A stretch of DNA of 64,000 nt from Setoptus koraiensis. Lineage: Eukaryota > Animalia > Arthropoda. Shown here piece by piece: positions 35,688 through 45,595 of this stretch. The notes beneath the pieces were generated by a model. That model had not been told where the DNA came from. It did no database searches and saw nothing but the letters and a program-made list of their open reading frames with translations. The stretch's first letter is position 1, and each line of letters begins with the position of its first letter. Location: NCBI GenBank assembly GCA_048013815.1, contig CM106585.1, positions 16,926,001-16,990,000 of the forward strand. Reading direction: 5' to 3'. The position numbers and the translations under genes were made by a program.

Positions 35688-35995
35688 CTTGGTTGTCTCA
35701 ACAAGATCCTCACCAAGGATAAATCTTGTTGTTTCTTTAACGAATGGTCTGTTTGGAAACACTGATAATTGTAAACTACATATTTATTGATAATAATAAA
35801 ATAAAATAATCATTAATAATAATACTTATTTATTGAAGCAAAACAAAGCCACGTGAGAATCATGCGTTTTGCTAAAGCTCGCAGAATAACTAAACAATCA
35901 GTTTGACGCAAGTTGTGAGGCGCAAGATTTAAAATTTTTTTTTTTGACTTTTTGAGTATACATGGATTGATCACATATCAATATCAACTATATAT

Positions 35996-36775
35996 TTATT
36001 TACTTCCCAGTCTATGACCAGGACCTATAGAGGACCAGTAGTCAGAGATCTTCGTTTGATTTGGTTGGGAACTTTTAGGTTGAGCTTCTACCGCTTTTGA
36101 GGTGGAGGCTTTTTGAGTATTGTTGGACGAACTGACACTTGTTGTCGGTTTTCTCTTTGAGGTAGAAGGTTGATCGAGGGCTTTTCGCTTATTGTTTTGC
36201 TCTGGTTCGGATATCTTTACAAATTCACCATTACATGATGCCTTATGTTGAGCAAACCAAGGGTCATTTGGACCAGGCTTTCTATTCATAGATCGTTTAA
36301 CTAAACCGAAGAATGGTGGCCTGTTCTGGCAGGGTCCTGTACACTTCCAGATATGTGTTTGATAATTTCTAACCTCATCATGAAATGTATGGTAAACAGT
36401 TATACGTGTGCCAGTCATTTGATTTATTCTATACATGTGATAATGGAACTTTTGACCGTGAGATTCGTGATTGTCGTCTTCGCGTGTGACGAATAGAAAT
36501 CCGTGTATCATTTCGTGAAGCAGTGTTTCCACTAGATCCCTGCGTGCTCTTAACTGTAATAATGGTAATGATAATTTGATGCAGCAAAATGAGGTCCTAG
36601 GATTCCAGGAACATAAACCGGCTGTTAACGTCATCTTTGGCGACCAGCATAATTCAACACAATTCTTCATAAGAGTGTTCTCGAAGAAAAGCTCATCAAA
36701 CTTTCGGAATAGCTCCCATATGTCGGGATTCGGGTCATCTAGTTCCAGATTTGAAGCCACAATGTTGTAATCCAT
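35996..36775 (-). CDS. SPRTN: SprT-like DNA-protein crosslink metalloprotease Spartan, 259 aa, single exon
   Basis: WSPKMTLTAGLC; IKLSLPLLQLR; ETLLHEMIHGFL (HExxH); HESHG..F; YHTFHDEV; WKCTGPCQNRPPFFGLVKRSMNRKPGPNDPWFAQHKASCNGEFVKI. Confidence 0.95.
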   Translation of the reverse strand: MDYNIVASNLELDDPNPDIWELFRKFDELFFENTLMKNCVELCWSPKMTLTAGLCSWNPRTSFCCIKLSLPLLQLRARRDLVETLLHEMIHGFLFVTREDDNHESHGQKFHYHMYRINQMTGTRITVYHTFHDEVRNYQTHIWKCTGPCQNRPPFFGLVKRSMNRKPGPNDPWFAQHKASCNGEFVKISEPEQNNKRKALDQPSTSKRKPTTSVSSSNNTQKASTSKAVEAQPKSSQPNQTKISDYWSSIGPGHRLGSK

Positions 36776-36968
36776 TTATGGCGATGAGGCAGAAAAGCAT
36801 GAGAATATTCAATAACAAGTTAGTAAGCCAATTTGATTGTAATATAGTTAGATTTAGATAAAATATATATATTTTATTATTGAGACGTTGGATAACTTTT
36901 CTTATTGTAAGCTATAATGGTTTAACACAGGTCGCTAAATAAACATGCGCGCCAAATATAAATCTTTT

Positions 36969-37616
36969 TTATTTACGCAATAACTGTTTCATTTGCCTAT
37001 TTTGATGTTGAATAGTATCACCAGCCCGTTCGGCCTTATCTGTTATTCTATCTAGTATATCATTTTGATCTTCTATCTCGTCGCCTAATTTTAAGGCAAG
37101 TTCTTTGAGACGGCCCAGACCTTGGTTTAGGTGGCCGAGATCTCCATCTTTATTGTTGCTGCTATAATCTGTGGAGGAGTTTGCTTGAACCGGTTTTATC
37201 TCCTTTCCAGAAGGCATATCTGGTAGCTCGGATTTACTAGGCTTGGGGCTTTCTGGTGTAAAGTTCATGGTTGCTGATTTAGTTAAGGACGCATTATTGT
37301 TTGATTGAGTAAAATAGCTCTTGATGCCACCAAAGAGTGATTTCATCGAATTCAAGTTCTTCTGAGTAGCTCTGGTCATGGCGTTGATGCTATCCAGGTT
37401 GTTTTCAGCTTTCTCCAATGTCTCTCGTTGCGTTGATAGCTCCTCGATGGTCGATATGCCTGTTTTTTCGCTTTCGGCGACTAGTCTCAAACAATTTTTT
37501 ACACTAGCATTAGATTGTTCCCTGATGGCATCAGCCTTATTTTCGGCAAATATATAATGCTGAGGCTTCTTTCTGATGAATAAATCATCGATATCTTCGT
37601 CAGTTTGATTGTTCAT
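36969..37616 (-). CDS. SNAP29: Synaptosomal-associated protein 29-like Qbc-SNARE, 215 aa, single exon
   Basis: Two SNARE helices (CLRLVAESEKTG...EELSTQRETL...NLNSMKSLFGG; LGRLKELALKLGDEIEDQNDILDRI); no central palmitoylation Cys cluster. Confidence 0.85.
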   Translation of the reverse strand: MNNQTDEDIDDLFIRKKPQHYIFAENKADAIREQSNASVKNCLRLVAESEKTGISTIEELSTQRETLEKAENNLDSINAMTRATQKNLNSMKSLFGGIKSYFTQSNNNASLTKSATMNFTPESPKPSKSELPDMPSGKEIKPVQANSSTDYSSNNKDGDLGHLNQGLGRLKELALKLGDEIEDQNDILDRITDKAERAGDTIQHQNRQMKQLLRK

Positions 37617-38112
37617 AATTAAAATGTGTATGATAGTCGTAATTAAATTGCTAAACCTAAATAATATACCTTTTACGAGGAATGTTAAAAATGATCATAT
37701 TGTTGGCATTTTATAGGGCGTCAAATTTAAATCTGCCGAGAATCAGAATGGGAGTTGCTCAACAGCTGTTTTCAGCTGCTAACATTTTAGTGCATTTCTC
37801 TCGAGCTCAAAAAATGACTCATTCGCTCATGAGTCAACTGCAAACAAGTGAATTGAAATCTTTCTACAAAATCAACAGCCAGAAATGATTTATACTCCCA
37901 CAATTATTATGGATAACGTAAACACAGTCGAGGGAGAGAGAATGAAGCAATGACATTGACCCAGACTAAAATCTAGTGCGCACCAACTATAATCCTTTCT
38001 GCTACGAAACAAATACATCAATGATAATGTAATGCAACCTGTTTAGTCTTTACTTATCTGTTTATTTATTCGCATTGTCAACTATAGACGTATATCGTTG
38101 ATCTCTGTAGTA

Positions 38113-38811
38113 ATGGAGTCAAACAAAAAACCTCCAGCAGTTGCTGTCAATCCGTTACCAATCCCTATCAAGAGGTTCTCCAGTGATAAAGGTTCGGTGT
38201 GGCCGACGGATCACGAAGGACAATTTGTGTCTTTCCAAGGCAGATTGGACCCAGCCAAAAGATGTGTCATTATTGACGATGCTCCCTCTTCTAACATGCT
38301 CACCAAAATGGGCTGTTTCGGGCAACTTGTAGACTCTTCACAAACTTATGTGCTTGATCTTGTCGAAGCATACTTCTTATCATATGCTTTAGGATGTTTG
38401 ACTGTAATCGAGGACAATAAAACTCTCGATTTGAATGAACTATGGATCAGATTTCGCAATCTTCAGAGTGACTTTGCCGCTATTTATGCAGTTTACCACC
38501 TTTTCAGATCCAAAGGTTGGGTTTCCAGAAGAGGTTCTCCATTGGGAACCACATTCACATTGTACAAAGAAGGACCAGAGTTTAACCATGCCCTTTATGC
38601 TGTTGATGTCAATGTAGCATCTGGAGAGGCTAACTCCTTTAATAATTGGCAATCACTGTTGGCAAAATATAGAGTAGTACAATCTGTCTCAAAGAATCTT
38701 CTCATTGCGAATGTTGTGTTTGATAAAGAACTTGATTTATTATCGCCTAAATGTATTAAGAACTTCCACATAACAACTAACCTTGTGTCTCGGTGGCGAT
38801 GTCAACCTTAG
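38113..38811 (+). CDS. TSEN2: tRNA-splicing endonuclease catalytic subunit Sen2, 232 aa, single exon
   Basis: LDLVEAYFLSYALGCL; YAVYHLFRSKGWV; catalytic Tyr/His spacing in LYKEGPEFNHA and Lys in RVVQSVSK; C-terminal SRW. Confidence 0.9.
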   Translation: MESNKKPPAVAVNPLPIPIKRFSSDKGSVWPTDHEGQFVSFQGRLDPAKRCVIIDDAPSSNMLTKMGCFGQLVDSSQTYVLDLVEAYFLSYALGCLTVIEDNKTLDLNELWIRFRNLQSDFAAIYAVYHLFRSKGWVSRRGSPLGTTFTLYKEGPEFNHALYAVDVNVASGEANSFNNWQSLLAKYRVVQSVSKNLLIANVVFDKELDLLSPKCIKNFHITTNLVSRWRCQP

Positions 38812-39775
38812 AAAGAAATGTTTGTTCGAATCTTTGCTTAATAAAGTGCCAATAGTTTGAGCGGATTTTGTCATTTTTCTGTAAGTCGTCACATAAAGCA
38901 AAAGCTTTAGTCAGCAAAGGCTGTCTGTCGTTAATGTCACAATATGCCAGCCTTTCCCAAATTGAATCTACCATGAAAGCTAATAGATGCGATGAGCGGC
39001 AGTCTTGATTTTGATATAAATTCTCACAAAATTTCTCAATAACCGTTTCCTTCGAAATGCCATTGTGCACCAATTTCAAGAGGCCCCTCAGGTACGACCA
39101 AGAGCTTTCATTGCTAGGACATGAAAATATTTTGGACGTGACAGATTTTGTCTCATTTTCCAGCCACAGAGGATCTTCATATTTTTTTGTGTTCTGGACA
39201 ACGAAATATCGATGATTCCACGCGGAATTGTTCCTGAGATCCAGGTCTAACTGTGATTCTGTGAATTCTAATTCGCCCGGCCACATTTGGAACTCTTTGA
39301 CTGCCCATGCCCTATGTTGCCAGGCATGATAGTTTTTGCAGTCCATTTTGAGTATAAAAGCTGTGAATTCTTTCTCTTCGCTGGCGTCCTTGAGACTTTC
39401 GACAATGGCTCTCCTATGATGCCACACTTGGTAGTTTTTTGGTTCCAATGAAATGACAGTGGTCACGTATTTCAATTCATTTTCCATGTGATGAGGTAGC
39501 TCTTTGAGAATTTTACGCCTGAAATACCACACACTGAAATTAGATGGCTGGATTGCAATACAATCGGCGGTGAGCTCCAGACTGCGCTCGCTAATCTCAT
39601 TTTTAGTTAACATGGCCCGAAAATATCCAAATGTTTCCTCGAATTTAGGAGTATATTTTATGTCCATGATCGACGATGTTGTCCGTATGCTGATGGGCTC
39701 GATGTCGTTCCATTCTGGCTTCGTTTTGTACGACTCGAACGATGTGGGCTCACACTCGTCATCGGAACTGTCCAT
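38777..39775 (-). CDS. FNTA: Protein farnesyltransferase/geranylgeranyltransferase-I alpha subunit, 332 aa, single exon
   Basis: PFTA repeats: QPSNFSVWYFRR, PKNYQVWHHRR, KNYHAWQHRAW, RNNSAWNHRYFV, PSNESSWSYLRG; DKIRSNYW. Likely ATG at 39775 (MDSSDDE). Confidence 0.95.
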   Translation of the reverse strand: MDSSDDECEPTSFESYKTKPEWNDIEPISIRTTSSIMDIKYTPKFEETFGYFRAMLTKNEISERSLELTADCIAIQPSNFSVWYFRRKILKELPHHMENELKYVTTVISLEPKNYQVWHHRRAIVESLKDASEEKEFTAFILKMDCKNYHAWQHRAWAVKEFQMWPGELEFTESQLDLDLRNNSAWNHRYFVVQNTKKYEDPLWLENETKSVTSKIFSCPSNESSWSYLRGLLKLVHNGISKETVIEKFCENLYQNQDCRSSHLLAFMVDSIWERLAYCDINDRQPLLTKAFALCDDLQKNDKIRSNYWHFIKQRFEQTFLSKVDIATETQG

Positions 39776-40972
39776 TTCGAAAAATGTTATTCTGGTCTGA
39801 TTAATTGAGAATGTAGCGAAAAATATCAGAGATACAACCAATCAATGAGAGAGACCGGTCGCAAATAATAGTCACATTGGCGCAACACATTTCTTTTATT
39901 TAAGCGCCAAATTTAGAATTTCCCTTCCCCAGAGAAAGTTTCTCACTGAGTTACCGGAGTGAGTTTCTGTTTTCTCTCGGTGGAAAAATCTAACTCGGTT
40001 TTGTCCCTACACTGTCCATCAAAGAACCAGTGTCTCAGGCCGTCTAAGGGCCTTCTCGGACCCCAGCGTACTCAAAATGGTGAGAAAGCGGCAGAATCTG
40101 CGACCCATACATGCCACTACTTTCTGCCTGATATTCTAGCTTTTGGCGATGCACACAAAAAGTGATAGCTCTTGAGTGAATTGATTTGCGTCAGACAGGT
40201 GAGATCTGCAGACAGCTATAGTTAAGCCGCCAATCCGATTATCACACAGCTAATCCGATTCTGTTTATCAGTGCCGTGTATGGGGCCCAGCGCGCTATAT
40301 GTTGGGGACCGGGACTGTACAGATAGAATGCTGTCCGGCAGCCAGGATGTTAGTGACACAACGAAAAAGTGCAGCACCAAATCATCGTCGCGAAAGATAG
40401 CAGTGGACGAGGGATTTATAGTTATGACTTTAGGCTCAAATGCGGAACCATCACGAGTGGGCCCCATAGAAAATCCGGGCTAGCGCGCATGTCGCTATAG
40501 ACCCTGTAGGTAACTATTTACTATTTGCGCATGTCGCGTCCCTCTCATACTGCAATCCTATAATATTTGTAAATTGTCCAACGTAGTTTTTGGTTGATAT
40601 TCAGCGGGGACAGATTCCTTTTTCATTGTTGCTCTTGCACAAAATGAGAATCATCAGAGTGACACTGACTATATGTCACATAAGAGATTAGAGTAGTACC
40701 ACAAAATCAATTTCAACACTTGTGACTCGAATCGAATCAAGAATTCACCTCTTCATATTTTCATCACAAAACAACTGACAGTGGATCGAATAGGATAGTT
40801 GAATTTTTCAAGCCAAGTTTCAAGCCAGTGCAGCTCAGTTCTACAGTAGATAACAACAGTAGCCAATCTAACAACAAGCAGCATAAACAAAAATATGTAC
40901 AACAAGGGATCGATAACTGGAGAAGAAATCATTGAAGACAATCAGAAAAAAGAATCGTTCAACAGACACAAA

Positions 40973-41462
40973 ATGACCTTCAGCGCAACACAAAAATCCA
41001 TCATGATTGCTAGTTTGGCCATTGGCGCCGTCTTGGTTATCGCATTGATGGGCACGCAAGTCGAGGGTCGTTACCTCCCAACGAGATCCGACGAGAGTAG
41101 GCTAGAGTCATTGAAACAATTGCTGAAAACGGTGAGTTTTCATTATGGTAACAAACCAGATAAAATAAAAACACAAACAGCCAGCCTGATTGATCGCACA
41201 TGATTTATATCTATATAATTGCCTTGTTTGCCTCATTGTTCAATGTTAGATGTTGGATTATAATCAAGAAATGGAAGAGAATCAAGCTGCTAATATCTGG
41301 CCAGCAGCCATTCAAGCAGGTCGTGGTGGCAATTCGGCATTCGGACAACGTGTTCGTTCTAGCTATCATAAACGATCTCCAGAACTGGTAACGGACATGG
41401 CGGAGAATGATAATAACGTGCGCTCTCTCAGTATGGCGGAGGTTCCTGTATTGAATCGATGA
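40973..41462 (+). CDS. Proc: Proctolin neuropeptide precursor, 123 aa. Exons 40973-41131 and 41250-41462
   Basis: Signal peptide ...AIGAVLVIALMGTQVEG followed directly by RYLPT (41069-41083) and an Arg cleavage site (RSDESRLESLKQLL). Donor ACG|GTGAGT at 41132, acceptor GTTAG| at 41249, phase 0. Confidence 0.92.
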
Positions 41463-44400
41463 TGACAGAAACATAACAAGTAATAATAAGTTACCGGTTA
41501 GTCTTTATTATCGTATCGTATTCATAAAATATGAACTTATTAGACTATTCCGAGATTGAAATTAAACAACACAACAAACTGGTTTAGAACCTACACAGCC
41601 CTATAAAGATTATGTTGAATTCATTATCATAATTATTATTAATAATCATTTGAAAGAAAGTGTGCGACAAAATTCAAAACGAAATTTGCGTGCTGTCTCA
41701 CTGATCCCAACATTAGCTATACGTAACAACAACAACAACAACAACAGATGTAAACAACAGTAACAACAGAGGTCTCTTTTGGCTCATTATATCACGATAT
41801 AATGCCGGCTGTATGATGTAAGAGAGACAGAAAGAGAAAAGTTTGTTTAAATAACGAATCCTTAGTTTAAACAGTAGTATATCTGACTATCAACAATAAA
41901 GAGAATAAAACTTGAAATTGACAATGTCGATGCGAACTATCTAAAACAACAACATTCTAAACAATGGATGGTACGTAACAGTATGATGATGATGATACAC
42001 GGATTGGTTCGAACTGATCGATTGAATTGATAGTCGACAAAGGATGAATGATGCCATGCGCCATATAGCACGACCACGCGGGCCAAGTTTAGCGGTTGAT
42101 CTAGTTGGCAATATGCACTCGTCACATCGATCTAATAGCGCAAATAATTGTTGTTGTCAACATCAAACAGTACGAGTAATCTATATCAACAATATTATGC
42201 AACGAGCACAGAGACAATACAACCGGAAACTGGAGACAATAACAAACGTTTGTCACCTAGATGTGATCACAATAGAGTGGCCACAAATATGCGACATGGC
42301 CCAATATTTTGGCAAGACCGCAATGGTGTGTGTGTGTGTACGGGTGACAGATTGTGTGCAAGTCTATCGAAGGGTGTACGTGTGAGAATGTGTGCGTGTT
42401 GAGATGGTGGGTATCGATCGATCGTGAGACAGGTGAAATCGGTTGGCCCTCCTTTTAAAATAGTGATTTGCCTGTATCAAGGGGCCCAGTAGAGACAAAC
42501 TAACAGCTAGTTACGGTTCGTCGATATTACACAAGAGATTATTTAGGAGAGGGAGAGAGCGATAACAGAGGAGAGTATAACACAGTTTAACCAAGTTTAT
42601 CGCCACTATATGTGGCTGTGTGTGTCTATAAATTGTATGTGTCTAACAATTGTAAAAGTCTAATAAAGATTATCGTTAACGGTATACAATTATCAAATTA
42701 TCAAATTGAGCACGCAAGGCAACGTTGCGCACCACTCGCAGGCCGTCAGTCGTTCGAGGCAGTTCGAGGCAGTTCGAGGCAGTTCGAAGCATTTCGAAGC
42801 AGTTCGCAGCAGTTCGACGAAGAGAGCGTTGTCGAGCGAACAGTTCGCCCGCTCCTCTCTTGGGTGCAGGTCGTGTCCAAGAAAAGATAAACTCTCGGAT
42901 AAAACTTGTGTCATGCGAGTGATTCATATAAGTTATCCGGCGCGATCAAGAAGCCGAAAGTTGATTTATTGCTCATCGGTTATGAGGTGCTCGTTGGCTT
43001 GTCGCAGGCAAAACAACCGATGCTTGCGACAAGCCCCGTTCACCTGGCTTGAGAGGCTCGTCTGACTTGAGGGGCCAAATCTGAGGGGCGAACAGATAAT
43101 ATATGGGAGTTGCAGCCCGTTAGCTGCGAGGGCGAATGGGGGTGATTGGGGGTGAGTTGTTGTCGTTGGTGTCGCTGTTGTCGTTGCTGTTGGACGACAA
43201 ACAAAAGAGCCCGACAAGTTTATCATTACGTAATGTGGTGCTCAAGTTTTGACAACAGGCCTACGAAATTCAAAATGTGCTCGTGTACGTGTGCGTGTTT
43301 ATGCGATGAATATGATTGTACAATTTATGGAAACATTTCGTAACCAATCTTAATATATAATGCGCTATAAATGTAAATGTTGTTGCACAAACAACATAAC
43401 ATTTACAGTTGATATATGATCAGATTCATTGAATGGTTGCTCACACAGTAGACTCTACTGTAAGTATAGACACACAATAGAATGGAAATGGCCTGAAATT
43501 GGGCTCACTGAAATGACGTAAGCAAGCAAGATGATGCAAGAGATATGAACATTTTACAACAACACTTTACATAGTAAATATTAACCAGTTAGGGCCAGCT
43601 AAAGGGTTGACAACAAGGCTTCGAACGGGGGCCAAGTGAGCGAAATTGGCAAACGAGCAAACGTAACGTGTGACATGTTTATTCAATTTGTTGGAGGTTG
43701 TCGGGGAGGGCCCCACTTTGGTAGTCATACAACAATGATGACACAACATTTATATTATTATATTCTATTATCATCACAAACACATCTGGCCAGATTTTGG
43801 CACACGCATTTTATATGTGTGACTGTTTATACACGGCGACCACCGCTCAGTTTGTATCTAGCTAAGTTTGTATCTACAAACTGGGCCTGTCGCTTATAAA
43901 CTGAGGCACCCGATATTTCATGCCAGCAATATATTTGCCGGCAATAACGCGGGCCTCATCGCGCTTGACAACACAACAACGCTGATTATGAGTAGGTAAA
44001 TATTGTTGTTGCTTAATTCTAGTTATCCGCAATATTGTATTCATTATTGTTTGCGCGCCCGGCGGGGGGCTACGTTTATGGCTACGGGCATGAGCGTGGC
44101 CCGATGAAGATAGCGTGTCGTTACAAGTCGAGCGTGTTAATCGCAGCACCGACGAATAATCAGCCGACAACCTAGACGACATGTCGGGCTACAGCTCCGA
44201 CGACAATTCGGCCGACAGCTCCGACGATAATTCAGACGACAATTCGGGCGATAGCTGCGACAACGGCAGCCTCATTATCAAGTGGTTGCCGCAGCGGGCC
44301 AGAGATAAAAACCGGCCCCATTACGGCGGCCCACTTGCGTGCATGTTTATCTTATACGTGCGTCGGGCCGCCAGTCCGAGTCCGTGTGTCCATTGAAACA

Positions 44401-45534
44401 TGCAAAATTGCAGCTAAAATTGCCGCGTTATCGCGCATTCATATTTCAACATGGTCGCCCAAATATCACAATTTGAATTTATAAAATGTGCTAATGAGTT
44501 GCCCGACGATGAGCGGTTTGTTTGCACGCACCAACACACTGAATATGTATTACGCAACATTGGCATATTTGTAAACATTGGCCCCCGGTTGCGTCATTGA
44601 TCGTGTGGCCTATGGGTCAGTTGCAACAGTGCCATTGTGTCCTCTCTCTCTCTCTCTCTCTCTCTATGTATATATATATCTGTGTCTATACAGACACGAG
44701 CTTGCCACGGATAAACTTATGCGCGTTAGCACGCGCAGGTGACGCAATCAATTATTTTCAAGGCGCCACCTATAACACAAATAGCAGACACTCACAACTA
44801 AAAGTTGTATGTGATAACAAGCTTAACATGGCCGCTTGCCAATGGTTAACAATGGCATGGCACCGCATTATATTCGTTGATGCCAATAATAACAATAATG
44901 AGTATGTTCAAGATATTGCCGCCAGGCGCAGCTGAATTTTTGCGCTGTGTCGTGGGCGCCCTCCTGATTAGTTGTTGCCAGGGGTGCCCCTGCAACGGAA
45001 GCCGCTCGTTGTCGTGGTCGTTGTCGTCGTTGTCGTCGTTGTTGTTGTTGCTGTCGTCGTTGTTGTTGTTGCTGTCGTTGTTGCTGTTGTTGTTGTTGCT
45101 GCTGTTGTCGTTATTGTTGGCCACAATTGCCATATTCAGATAGCAGTGGTGCACAATTGTCAACTGTCGCTTTGGTGCACATTGCGTGACAATGCAAAGT
45201 GCGCGCTTACATGTTACGTAATGTTGTCAGCCATAATAATGATGCAGCCTACTTATGCCGTTGACCGTTACCCGTTACCTGCGCGCACTTACCTGTGCGT
45301 ACGTCACCTATTACCCGGCCCCCGCGCTACGTCAAATGTGCAAAACCAATGCTGCACACAGCAGTGCAAATCTCGAGTGCCCCAATCAAACCCAATAATA
45401 CACATGGATGATGATGACGATGATTGCGCAATGTGTGTGTGTGTCGTCGTATTTGTGTTTGTGTACGTCACAATGCACCCACCACTGGCTTGCTAAACAA
45501 TATGCATAGCACGACATGGTCACTCGTTAGCTGG

Positions 45535-45595
45535 CAACAACAGCAGCAACAACAGCAGCAACAACAGCAGCAACAACAGCAGCAACAACAGCAAC
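45535..45595. repeat. (CAACAACAGCAG)n minisatellite in apparently non-coding DNA
   Basis: Four perfect 12-bp copies plus a partial copy; the surrounding frame has no recognisable protein. Confidence 0.85.

Noticed and set aside
37682-37888. 68-aa ORF between SNAP29 and TSEN2
   Set aside because: It lies in a roughly 500-bp head-to-head promoter gap and has no motif; likely chance.
40499-40520. ACCCTGTAG resembling the start of miR-10
   Set aside because: Only the first 9 nt match, and there is no complementary arm nearby.
42745-42820. TTCGA-containing 10-bp repeats as heat-shock elements
   Set aside because: The GAA/TTC spacing is 4 nt, not the 2 nt needed for nGAAnnTTCn arrays; it is a simple tandem repeat.
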